A stretch of DNA of 64,000 bases, taken from the IMG/VR virus record IMGVR_UViG_3300027816_004729; one strand, given 5' to 3'. The notes under the pieces were generated by a model. It made no database searches, was not told where the DNA came from, and saw only the letters and a list, made by a program, of their open reading frames with translations. Of the stretch, positions 38,101 through 46,761 are shown piece after piece. A program made the position numbers and the translations under genes. This stretch comes from an uncultured virus (IMG/VR IMGVR_UViG_3300027816_004729). Lineage: Duplodnaviria; Heunggongvirae; Uroviricota; Caudoviricetes. Each line of letters opens with the position of its first letter. The first letter of the stretch is position 1.

Positions 38101-41100
38101 AGACCGTCGGCATGAAAGATCCAGCGGGTCCGCCAAAGTCAGAGGATAGCCGCAGGTCTCTATCAACATTTCGACTATATGCTCTAACATCCCGGGCATT
38201 TGCGATGAGATTAAAGGCCGCCATGAGATCGGAAGCGTTGCTAAACTTAGAAAACAGGAGTTCATCCGTGTTATGGATGGCGTTATTTAAACGGTCCATG
38301 TAGAAAAGCCGCTGATCCCGCGTTTGGGCACTTTCTAAACCTTTCAGAAATTCAGTAACTAGATTCCAAACATCATTTCGACGACGCATATCACTGCGGT
38401 ACGTTCCGCGCATCAACTCGTCTAGTTGACTAGCGGACTTGGCGTTCTTCAAAGCTTCCTTTGTGACAAAAGGATCTACGCGGCCTCGGCGAATATACTT
38501 GTTGATTTGATTTTTGACAAGATCCGAAAACACGTTAAGGTAGAGATCTTTGTATTTTTTGATGTACTCGTTCTGTAGAGACCGGCCATACTCGTTTCCA
38601 GGGTCTCCTTCAGTCGAGATATAATACAGATTATAGAGAGTCTTCGGCGTCAATCTAGACTCGGATTTTTCCCCACTTTCAAGTCCGTATTCTTCGCTAG
38701 GCATGAAAGATGCCGGAGGATTTTTAGTTCCGTCTGGTTTCGACCACCGCAAGTATTCTTGGTAAAGTTCTGGTTCAAAACTTGTAGCTTGTATGATGGA
38801 GTTTAAATCCTGCATAGTCGCTAAGTCTAAAGCTTTTTGGAAACTCTCAGCGGATATGCCTTGGAGCATATCCCAAGCACTCTCGTGAATATTCAGGATT
38901 TCTTCGGCATACGCGGTTCCAAAAGTGTCAATACTTGTTTCTTTAGCCGAATCTCCGAGGGCTGTTTTTATACGCTTGAAAAGCTTCAATTTCCAAGGGT
39001 CTCCTCCGACTTTCAATTTCTCAAATCCCGAAACTCCTGGTGGCCATGCGACACCTTCTTTCCAATATTCTAAGATATTTTTCTTGCTACCATACGCGTC
39101 GTTAAACGAGAACAAATCGTCCGTGGCAAAACCGCTCTCGCCGTCCTCGGTTTCCATCTGGTAGAGTTCTTTTTCACCAGTCGGTTCTTGTAAACTTTTA
39201 TTGGTTTTAGTTTCAACAAGAGGAACCCAAACGCCGCTAGAATTTTTGTATTCCAGCCATTCTGGCGGAATAGTTTCCAACGCACCCATGTCATCGGTCG
39301 AAAGGTAGACTTCGCCATTGTAAGGATCAAACTGAAGTCCCATCTTAACAACTTGGCTGTATTGTCCAAAGGCATCCAGCAACTTGTTTTTATTGACGCG
39401 AAGTATAAAACTTGTTTCTGAATCGAGGTCGTCGTAAACTTGGGTATTTTCTGGAGTATTTCCGAAATAAACTCCAGGCCCGGAATAACCGCGTTTAGAT
39501 GGCAGTATTCCTTTTTCGGTAATTGAAGCTATGACGTCCGGATCATTTGACGTTAAATGGTAGACATAGGGGTCGGTCGTACCAAAAACAGGTTCATTTG
39601 CCGGAGTCGGTGGCTTCTTATTTGAGACAGGTTTAATGCCGGAAGTTAAGGCTTCGTTGGTAACTGCCTCTATAAATTTATAGAATTTAAATAGTTTGTC
39701 GAAATGTATTTGACTAGTTTCGATACCTGATTTTTTAAGTACTTTATCAGCATCAGTTTCAATTTCGCCGGTATCCGGATTGACAATGGCTTTTAAAACC
39801 GGGATAAGGTCGTCCATCGAAAAAGCTCCGCCAAAATACCCGTTACTATCCCAATATTCCGACATGAGCGTCTTCTTGCTTTTTTCAAACCATGTATTAA
39901 TTTTAGACTTAGGTGATGTTACCGCTGGAGTTGGGTAATGCGCTGTTGACCATGCTTTTTGGACCCAAGGATATGCAATTGACGCCCCGGGAGGCGGCGG
40001 GATAATTCCGGTTTTTTTCCAAACTTGTTGTAAGTTTTGCGCAACTTCGCCAGTATTCGGATTAATTATTGCGTCCAGTATGTCTTGTTTTTCCGCGTCG
40101 GAATAGTATCCGGCGTTTTCCGACATCATTGCAGTTTTCCAGTCTTCCGCGGACTCAAATTGGTCGGGCAATACTCCTTCTAGTATGGGTTTAGGAGTAC
40201 CGTAGATAGCGTCTAGCGTTTTATTCTCTTCGGCATGCTCTTTGACCGAATTTTTTATAGCCTGATCAATAGCCTTGGCTATTTCTGTACCTATTAAAGT
40301 ATTTTCGAATAAAGTTATTATCTCGCTATGTGGCTTAAATGTACCTCTGCTAATTAGGCTTTTATATTTTTCAATGGCAGATTTAATTTGAAACTCCGGG
40401 ACATCATTAGTTATTAAGTTGTCTACGTCGTAAAATTCAAGCCCGAAGTCTTCAAAATTATCGGCGACGTATTCATCAAGTGCCGAAGGATCTATTTCTT
40501 TCGGCGCACTTGCTTCAGGTTTTGCCTGGGATTTAAGTTTTACGGCTTCTCCAATTGCCGCTTTAATAAAATCCGCCTGTTGACTATACGGAGCATTTAC
40601 GCCAGATTTAGTTTGGATAAATGACAAATCCGTAGTCAACTCGCCTGTTTTTTCGTCAACGATAGCTTCAAGAAGTTTTTGAGCCTGGTCTTGGCTGTAA
40701 ACAGGTCCGGTATTAGACTTATAGATGTTTTGCGTTTGCAGCGCATCGAGCATCTGCGATTTCCATTTCTTTTTCCAAGCACTTGCTTCAGGTTTTGCCG
40801 GAGATTTAAGTTTTACGCCGGCCTCTAAAGCTCTAAAATTTTCTTTTAGCTTACCTTTAAGTTCTTCGGCTGTAGTTCCGGAAATTTCGAATAACGTTTC
40901 ATCCGGATTATATTCTCCGGACTCTTTCATTGATCCTTTTTTGCTAATGGTAAAGGTTTTTACCGGTAAAGCCGTTCCTTGTTGTCCCGTATTTGTGGCA
41001 ATATATGTTGCCAATCCATTTGGAGTAGAAACCTGAAATTCAGTTTTTTGACCGACATTTTTTCCGATTAGCGTATCGCCTAGAAAATTTAAATAGTGAG

Positions 41101-44100
41101 TCGTAAGAAAGGTTTGTTTTTTCTTGATTCCTAAAGAGGCTTTAATAAAATCGGAGTAAAGCAGAGCAATTTCGTTGTAGTCTTCAACGGAAGTTGGGAC
41201 AAGACCTTCGGCTAATGGATCAATTTCGTCAATCGCCGCGCCGCTTTCGTCTACAGCAACTAAAATTGTGCTGCTATAAGGGTCTCCTTGTGGGTCATAT
41301 CCGCTACTATTTTCTAGTTTAAAAGAATACTCGCCAACCCGAAACGTATTTTTCTTGCCAGTAACTAAATCTTGTGCGCCTTGCAAAATTTCATCATCTG
41401 ATATTTTTACCCCGGCGTCGGTTTGTTGCGGTTCATCGGAGTTGTTTATCAACTGGGCATTTTCTATGGCCGACTGTTCTGCTAGGTTTTGATTTTTGAC
41501 ATTCTCAAAAATCTGTTTCATTTCTTTAGACGCAAACACGCCTACGGGTTTTGAACCCATTTTTTCAGAGATTAGCAATTGCGCTAGTTCGATAAAAGCT
41601 TTTGGAGGTTTAACGTCAACAGCGTATTGCGTACCGTCTTCGCGCGTAATGATTTCGCTTTTTTTCGGAGCATAACTAGTAAGCTTAGATTGCAACCATT
41701 TACTCAACTCCGTAGAAAAATCTCTGCCGGATTCTTTTGGCGCGGAAACACCAATTCTCGGATAAATCGAGTATCCGGGTTTCATCTTTTGGATAAATTC
41801 CGTAAGTTCTCCGACCGCTTCGGGTCCAACCTCATCGGTAGCCACTTTCTGGAGGAATTCTTTTGTCGGGGCTGTTGCATTCCCAAAATCCTTGAGAACC
41901 GGAAGGGCCAATTTTTTCAAATCTGAAGAAACTAATGGAAGTAGCTCGCGAGGATTTTTCAAATGGTACTTGAAATCCAGCATCTCCATAACCCAGCTAT
42001 ACCCGCCATCTTTCGCGTACCTTTCAATTTTGTTGAAAACGGTATTAGTATTATGCTGTAAGTCGTAAACCTTGTCGATGGCAAACGCTATTTTTTCTGG
42101 CGTATTGGCATAATGCAACAAAACAAAAGCTTCAGCAATTTGTGCCCATTTTTCTCCGCCATATCCTGAACTCCACGCTCCTTCGCGGAATACTTTTGCC
42201 ATTTCTAAAGCCAGATCTTTCCTGCGCGCTTTTGCGAAGTCTTTTCCGCCGTAATTCTCTAATGCCCGAGTTGTAGCTTGCCAAGATTTTTTGCGAATAC
42301 TTTCCGAAGTTTTGAATTCTTCCGGTACACCGGGTTTTCGACCTTCATACGGACTTGGAGCGTCATACGCGGAAAAGTATTTGATATATTGATTCATGAT
42401 CGGGCCATAGATGGCCGGATCTTGAGATCTCTTAATTGCGTGCCGTATTTCAGCGGAGAGCGAAAAGAATACTTGGTCGAGTAAATGCTCTTTTAAGAAA
42501 GTTTGTAGACGGTCTTGCGTGACTTTTACGATAGGACGGTAATCTTCAGATCGAAGGAAACTAATAGCTTCTGGATTTTCTCCAGAATACTTAGCCAGAC
42601 TCGTTTCACTGAGACCCGCCAAATTTCCTTGAAATGGAACATCGGAAAACCCAGACAAATAGTTGATAAGGTAAAAATCTGCCATCAACGTCCTAGGGTC
42701 GCTAGGAACCGTATAATTCAAGTTCGGCATGAAGTTGATCTTCATCTTGCCGTAATCGACTGGTAGTTTTGTAGACGCCGATTCTTGAAAGTGGTTTATG
42801 CGGTCAACCCTTGCCGACATAATTAGCCGATCCGGCGAATCTTGTCCTTTTTTGGCTTTGATCTTGGTCCGCATCGGGTTTAAAGCCTCTGTACCTTTGT
42901 CAAACAAGTTGAAGAAGTCATTAACGCGGTGTTTCTTCAATTCGGCTACGGCATCGTCTGCGTCTAATCTTTCTCCAACGTACTGATTTGACGAGTTTTT
43001 GCCATCGCCTGTCAAACCCGCGTTGTGGTTGTTCAAGACTTTAAGTAGATCTTGCCAAAAGCTAAAAGTATCGCCATTCCAGAGTGTCAAATTTTCAGGA
43101 AATTTTGAAGACCAGACATTCAACTTATCAAACATCCGGCTAACCGAAATTGAAGTGAACAAGAAGTTTTGCTTTTGGCTGATACGCCAGCTTAAAGGAA
43201 CAATGTCTCGAACGCGCGGGGCTAGTGAACGCGCTTTTCCTCCGCGGTAGACAGCCTGATAATCAATAATTGCCCGAGTTCCATCTTTGCGTTGCAACAT
43301 GGCATTGCCTTCGGCAATAATTCGTTTCAGTCTAGCCGGAACAAGATTGTTAGGCAAGTTCAGAACGGCTTGTAACTGCGCAGGACTTAAAACACCAGTT
43401 AGAACACCGTTGTTATCCACATCACGCATTTTAGGCATACCATCCTCAGGGGCAGTGATGATAGCGTCGTAAATAATCTTGCCGCGCTTAGTTGCTCGAG
43501 CATTAGCTTCGCGTGGAGAAATTACAACCGGCGTCCCATCCGGATTCCGCCGAATCCTAAAGTCAGTTTCAACTTTGGATCCATTAGGCAAAGCACTCAA
43601 ATTTACTGGTTGACCAAGGACAATCTCATTACCGGCTTCGTCCACAATCTTCCCATCTTTCATGTAGTATTGGGCGATATATGGATCAAGTCCTACTCCG
43701 TCAGGGAGGACAACTTCGGATATTTTATTGCCGGCGTCGTCGTAAGCCGCCAGAACCTGATCTTTAACGAACCGATCGTCGGAAATATATTGTTCCTGAA
43801 GAGCCGGACTTGACATGACTACAGCCCACGGAATATCTCCGTCATCCCGCACTTTTTCGGTACCATCAGGATTTAGTCCGTCGGTCTCGAATGTGTACGA
43901 CCCAATTTCATCGCGTATCAAGCGCGTAACGCGGCGCATTAACGCCGAAGATTCTGGATCGATCTTTGCTCCTAAAGCCGTAGAAAATTGACCTTGGCTA
44001 TCGAATATAATTCCTCGACTGCGCAAAGCCTCTTTTAGTTGTTTTAGAGATCCGTTCCGAGTCTTTGCTTCAATCCAGTCTACAAGAGCTTGACCCGGAG

Positions 44101-46756
44101 AATCAGCTGCCGCGCGCAAACCGCCTTTAACATTTCCGGATGTGGCGTAGTTCTCTACGAGCATTTCTTCGCGGATATACTCTAAGAATTTATCGACGCT
44201 GTCAAACTGATCGATAAACGATTGTCCTCCCATGCGAGCAGCATAGTTTTGGCCATACCGCATGACCTCGGCTTCGCTATAAATACCCGGGATTTCGGCA
44301 ATAACTTGACCGTTATCGTCTTTAATTTTCCGCCCGAACATTTGTTGTTCGAGTTGTTCTAACCCTAGAGCATCGCGGACTTCTTTAAACTGTTTTAATA
44401 CGTGGAAACTTTCATGCCGCAGGGTGTGGCCAGGATTGAAACCTTCTCTTCCAAGATGGGAAAGAAGGTTTCCATTCAAAGCCACAATAGGAGAGTCCAG
44501 GTTTGCCGGAATCAAATGCGCCGGTTGATTAATGTAATGATTTTTGTGAAGCGCAAAGCCGCGCGTACTTTTTGCCGCTTCCACCATATCGCTAGCGAGC
44601 TTGATGGTCTGTTCGGCTTTTTGCAGTAATTCGGCTTCATTCGGTTCCAATGTTGGTTTGCCAGCAATTTGACTACGGAAGAATTCTGCATCGGCTAAAG
44701 TTTTTCCCCAGATTTTGCGAATTTCCTCTTCGGCATTTGCATCATCTAGAATTTTAAAGCTTGGACTGCCTAAACCGGCTTGGTTTCCTATAGCTTTAAG
44801 TTGTTCTAAAGCGTCTGCAAAATCTAACGTGACTTGACGCTGAACTTCGTCGGTAAACTGTTTGTTATTCTTGTTCTGGTCTAGTAAGTTTCGATGTCTG
44901 GTTAACGTATTCATTTCGTCTTGCCAGAATTTCCACTCTCGACTATTTTTAGTTGAATCGCGGTAAGTTTGGAACTGCTTTATTTGTCCGTCAAGTGTAG
45001 CAATTCGCGCATTAACGTCAGAAAATGCGTTTATCTTAGACTTTACGTTTTCATCCGCTAAATCCATGAATCTTGCAATATCGGCATCCTCGTCTGCACG
45101 ACGCGATACCGGATCCGGATCAATAAACTGATCTATTTTTGTACTGAAGTTAGTCGTCGGATCAAGAAGAGCGCTTACTCGACCGACCGGATCTGAACCC
45201 ATGACAAGGCCAATGCCTACACCAGTTCCAAGCGACTGACCAAGTTGCGTAGGGTTCTCAATTTCAGGCAACCCTAGCATAACGTTTAACGCCGCGCCAC
45301 TAGTTCCAGCTCGAGTCATTGCGCCAGTATAACGGCCAATCCAATCTGCCGACCGCGCGCGCATGAGACCGCCTTTTGTCGTACCAAAAAGTCGGCGGTT
45401 AAACTCGCTAGAACGCGCATCTCCGCCTATTTTTTCGGCTAGTCCTTTCCGACCGCGCATTCCTTGCTTATCAATTTGGCGGCCCGCGTCTCTGAGTAAA
45501 CGTCCAGTTCCAGTTAAAATTTTTCCAGAAAGATACGTAGGAACTTGCGGGACTAAACTAATATTTTTCAGTAAAGTGTCAGGATCACCGGTCAAAACTT
45601 GACTAAGTTTACGTCCTGCTATATTTGAAAACTCCGAAGCTTTTTCCAAACCCATGCCGACGGCTTCAACAGGATGCACACCTTTAATCGTCCCGGTCAA
45701 AGCTTTGGCTGTTAAATCTGTGCCTTTACGGAACGGTTTTGCAATAACTTTTGAGACCGGTTGAACTAGTCTATTCGGTAATCCGAGTGGGTTAAAGATT
45801 TCCCCGGCTAAAGCCATTTCTTTATCCGGCACAATGGACTTTTCAAGGATGCTCTTTCGGTAATCTTCTTGCGCAACGTCTAGTTGTTCTGGAGTCAGTT
45901 CAACGCCCTGCAATGCCGAAGTTGTGGCTATAATCGGTCGAACTAGCGGGTTTTCAGCTAATAGCGCTGCCGCGCGATCCGGATTTTCATTAGCTTTTGC
46001 CGCGGCTTCGCGCGTCATGTAAGTCCGATCTACGAAGTCTTTAAAGGATTCTTTTTCGGTCTTTGTACCTAAAGCTTCTTGAACTCGGTCGGTAAAGGAA
46101 CTTCCGAAGTTGTAAAATTTAGTGGCGGATCCAGCGGTTTCCTCTAGATCATTAGCCATACCAGAAGCTACAGAACGTAGAGCAAGTTCAGCATCCGCCG
46201 CTTCTTTAACTTGTTGCGCGTTTCTATCCCAAGGATGCAAGAACTTACTACCGGCAGTAGGAATATTTGCGCCTGGACCGAATTGTGTAGCATAAAGACG
46301 TTCTCCGCCTAACGCCGTAGAAACTTTATTGATTACTTCGGATGCTGCGTCAACAGGCAAACCCACGATATCTGATAGTGCTCCGGCAGGATTTGCTACG
46401 ACTTGATCGACGGCGGCTTCTTTCGTAAATTTACCAAGTCCTATTCCGGTATCTACCGCCATTTCGGCCACCCTAGGAAGAAAATTCGTAGCAACTTCAG
46501 TAGCTTGGTCTACTAAAGGTTGTTCTCGCTGTTTTTCAAATACAATTTTTAATTGCTCTTGATCGAGTTCTGGGTCGCCTTCATTGTAACGTTCGTATAG
46601 CGAATCGGGATCTTTGTCTTTTTTGCGGCGTATGATTTCTGAAGTCGGAACTTTAGATTTCAGTTTTTCGCGTATTTGTTCGGATGCACTAACTGACGAA
46701 GGAGGCTGTTGGCCTCCTTCTCTCAGACGTTTTCGGATTTCTTCAGAAGCGGACAT
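35132..46756 (-). CDS. giant polyvalent virion/ejection protein: HExxH peptidase-like core plus ART, GNAT and unknown effector modules
   Basis: 3874 aa, last gene of the ejection-protein block; HESFH at 44402-44416; ART-like YHLT..GVYF, FRG..SWS..ESE and YHG..YLT motifs; two GNAT R..GYG motifs; eight [S/N/D][F/Y]MP junctions. Confidence 0.8.
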   Translation of the reverse strand: MSASEEIRKRLREGGQQPPSSVSASEQIREKLKSKVPTSEIIRRKKDKDPDSLYERYNEGDPELDQEQLKIVFEKQREQPLVDQATEVATNFLPRVAEMAVDTGIGLGKFTKEAAVDQVVANPAGALSDIVGLPVDAASEVINKVSTALGGERLYATQFGPGANIPTAGSKFLHPWDRNAQQVKEAADAELALRSVASGMANDLEETAGSATKFYNFGSSFTDRVQEALGTKTEKESFKDFVDRTYMTREAAAKANENPDRAAALLAENPLVRPIIATTSALQGVELTPEQLDVAQEDYRKSILEKSIVPDKEMALAGEIFNPLGLPNRLVQPVSKVIAKPFRKGTDLTAKALTGTIKGVHPVEAVGMGLEKASEFSNIAGRKLSQVLTGDPDTLLKNISLVPQVPTYLSGKILTGTGRLLRDAGRQIDKQGMRGRKGLAEKIGGDARSSEFNRRLFGTTKGGLMRARSADWIGRYTGAMTRAGTSGAALNVMLGLPEIENPTQLGQSLGTGVGIGLVMGSDPVGRVSALLDPTTNFSTKIDQFIDPDPVSRRADEDADIARFMDLADENVKSKINAFSDVNARIATLDGQIKQFQTYRDSTKNSREWKFWQDEMNTLTRHRNLLDQNKNNKQFTDEVQRQVTLDFADALEQLKAIGNQAGLGSPSFKILDDANAEEEIRKIWGKTLADAEFFRSQIAGKPTLEPNEAELLQKAEQTIKLASDMVEAAKSTRGFALHKNHYINQPAHLIPANLDSPIVALNGNLLSHLGREGFNPGHTLRHESFHVLKQFKEVRDALGLEQLEQQMFGRKIKDDNGQVIAEIPGIYSEAEVMRYGQNYAARMGGQSFIDQFDSVDKFLEYIREEMLVENYATSGNVKGGLRAAADSPGQALVDWIEAKTRNGSLKQLKEALRSRGIIFDSQGQFSTALGAKIDPESSALMRRVTRLIRDEIGSYTFETDGLNPDGTEKVRDDGDIPWAVVMSSPALQEQYISDDRFVKDQVLAAYDDAGNKISEVVLPDGVGLDPYIAQYYMKDGKIVDEAGNEIVLGQPVNLSALPNGSKVETDFRIRRNPDGTPVVISPREANARATKRGKIIYDAIITAPEDGMPKMRDVDNNGVLTGVLSPAQLQAVLNLPNNLVPARLKRIIAEGNAMLQRKDGTRAIIDYQAVYRGGKARSLAPRVRDIVPLSWRISQKQNFLFTSISVSRMFDKLNVWSSKFPENLTLWNGDTFSFWQDLLKVLNNHNAGLTGDGKNSSNQYVGERLDADDAVAELKKHRVNDFFNLFDKGTEALNPMRTKIKAKKGQDSPDRLIMSARVDRINHFQESASTKLPVDYGKMKINFMPNLNYTVPSDPRTLMADFYLINYLSGFSDVPFQGNLAGLSETSLAKYSGENPEAISFLRSEDYRPIVKVTQDRLQTFLKEHLLDQVFFSLSAEIRHAIKRSQDPAIYGPIMNQYIKYFSAYDAPSPYEGRKPGVPEEFKTSESIRKKSWQATTRALENYGGKDFAKARRKDLALEMAKVFREGAWSSGYGGEKWAQIAEAFVLLHYANTPEKIAFAIDKVYDLQHNTNTVFNKIERYAKDGGYSWVMEMLDFKYHLKNPRELLPLVSSDLKKLALPVLKDFGNATAPTKEFLQKVATDEVGPEAVGELTEFIQKMKPGYSIYPRIGVSAPKESGRDFSTELSKWLQSKLTSYAPKKSEIITREDGTQYAVDVKPPKAFIELAQLLISEKMGSKPVGVFASKEMKQIFENVKNQNLAEQSAIENAQLINNSDEPQQTDAGVKISDDEILQGAQDLVTGKKNTFRVGEYSFKLENSSGYDPQGDPYSSTILVAVDESGAAIDEIDPLAEGLVPTSVEDYNEIALLYSDFIKASLGIKKKQTFLTTHYLNFLGDTLIGKNVGQKTEFQVSTPNGLATYIATNTGQQGTALPVKTFTISKKGSMKESGEYNPDETLFEISGTTAEELKGKLKENFRALEAGVKLKSPAKPEASAWKKKWKSQMLDALQTQNIYKSNTGPVYSQDQAQKLLEAIVDEKTGELTTDLSFIQTKSGVNAPYSQQADFIKAAIGEAVKLKSQAKPEASAPKEIDPSALDEYVADNFEDFGLEFYDVDNLITNDVPEFQIKSAIEKYKSLISRGTFKPHSEIITLFENTLIGTEIAKAIDQAIKNSVKEHAEENKTLDAIYGTPKPILEGVLPDQFESAEDWKTAMMSENAGYYSDAEKQDILDAIINPNTGEVAQNLQQVWKKTGIIPPPPGASIAYPWVQKAWSTAHYPTPAVTSPKSKINTWFEKSKKTLMSEYWDSNGYFGGAFSMDDLIPVLKAIVNPDTGEIETDADKVLKKSGIETSQIHFDKLFKFYKFIEAVTNEALTSGIKPVSNKKPPTPANEPVFGTTDPYVYHLTSNDPDVIASITEKGILPSKRGYSGPGVYFGNTPENTQVYDDLDSETSFILRVNKNKLLDAFGQYSQVVKMGLQFDPYNGEVYLSTDDMGALETIPPEWLEYKNSSGVWVPLVETKTNKSLQEPTGEKELYQMETEDGESGFATDDLFSFNDAYGSKKNILEYWKEGVAWPPGVSGFEKLKVGGDPWKLKLFKRIKTALGDSAKETSIDTFGTAYAEEILNIHESAWDMLQGISAESFQKALDLATMQDLNSIIQATSFEPELYQEYLRWSKPDGTKNPPASFMPSEEYGLESGEKSESRLTPKTLYNLYYISTEGDPGNEYGRSLQNEYIKKYKDLYLNVFSDLVKNQINKYIRRGRVDPFVTKEALKNAKSASQLDELMRGTYRSDMRRRNDVWNLVTEFLKGLESAQTRDQRLFYMDRLNNAIHNTDELLFSKFSNASDLMAAFNLIANARDVRAYSRNVDRDLRLSSDFGGPAGSFMPTVLSEVGLTPEHMQSVNAAFRDRNRLKDMVARYVKTGNENDFAAIAADPVFSVFMQEQKPRQGRSLPSAELSSWLRELNRSVKNGDAADIKRARSSVTRLLNDPKSFNTKEIAEIISNYVNENRQSNQLWRIEGAAPYTGEPVESFRGIALNGPLIEGLKVGDTLEVDSSAYESWSTDPKVAIRFATKISNTGMDMFGSTMQWLRNKSEAEKENRKGLPGDYGLVLSTVLDSDSVAIDVSELNASSRYVNESELIARPGKKLVTIAAIYRDYGEDSTPERVETSIYADRDFTIELDPDSVENKLMAHARRNWRNPEEYGSYVEKSSQIRNAVDSNDTSTLVKLLNETFAADDIEAEALGSSESGIKVLVKNTNPLNVHRYFGKGESLSKVAQGIPSFMPTQAALNRTKKNLPKHEINITERIPKNKYDGPREAFIFISIPKGEKMKRGTKYGESYLDQYEGADLPEDEKRIIGFAHVYVGHEFDAKSLAVEFTNVAKPYRGAGYGQALYRAVARYAQKTGMKYLYAMEVSPEAAAVRNKLFEEKPRKGERSWSKGVEGVDPRDLWPFERGVGGMRSVVPPNISYMPTSNPDLSQVTLDERKAKLPEVTFKEISEEYELDEMDEEEMGDEVSTPKAFKVFNKKGKEVGQFSFFEDSDSIVVNHTFVNKKDRNKGYGEQIYRELARIAQRNDASLLVSDQVSESAAKTRRKLFEEEETMDGMWENDGEAMVSAVAPNISYMPTSLDGVFYHGVDKNKSGEIPKTLSKDKSALYPAYEEEQTPVTYLTPDPGQALYYSSEGDVFAGNLVNQNIFDPSDEEDIKKVAGTDKQIRKELEAGKDKVSGGGSVEFYAKLINQAGFDGYIAWESNVPTVGIFTDKVDLGDFYLEKDADSLDSDFMPEEMGPPINQDGPGLAETALPNTDRGPLSKASYMPGYNPRYSNDDGSFNRDAWLNDRRRAEEFLRRRGVYRSSSTEDEWEEMVRDAMREVRRQS
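35882..36372. repeat. 29-nt direct repeat (28/29) flanking one GNAT module
   Basis: AGAAGTCGGCATATAGGAAAT(A/G)TTCGGCG at 35882-35910 and 36344-36372, encoding PNISYMPTS twice. Confidence 0.9.
40506..40817. repeat. 39-nt direct repeat (37/39) inside the giant ORF
   Basis: GCACTTGCTTCAGGTTTTGCC(T/G)G(G/A)GATTTAAGTTTTACG at 40506-40544 and 40779-40817 (VKLKS.AKPEASA). Confidence 0.9.
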
Positions 46757-46761
46757 TATTC

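Noticed and set aside
35882..40817. Diversity-generating retroelement TR/VR pairs
   Set aside because: Repeats are only 29-39 nt, both copies of each are in-frame coding, and no reverse transcriptase is visible in the window.
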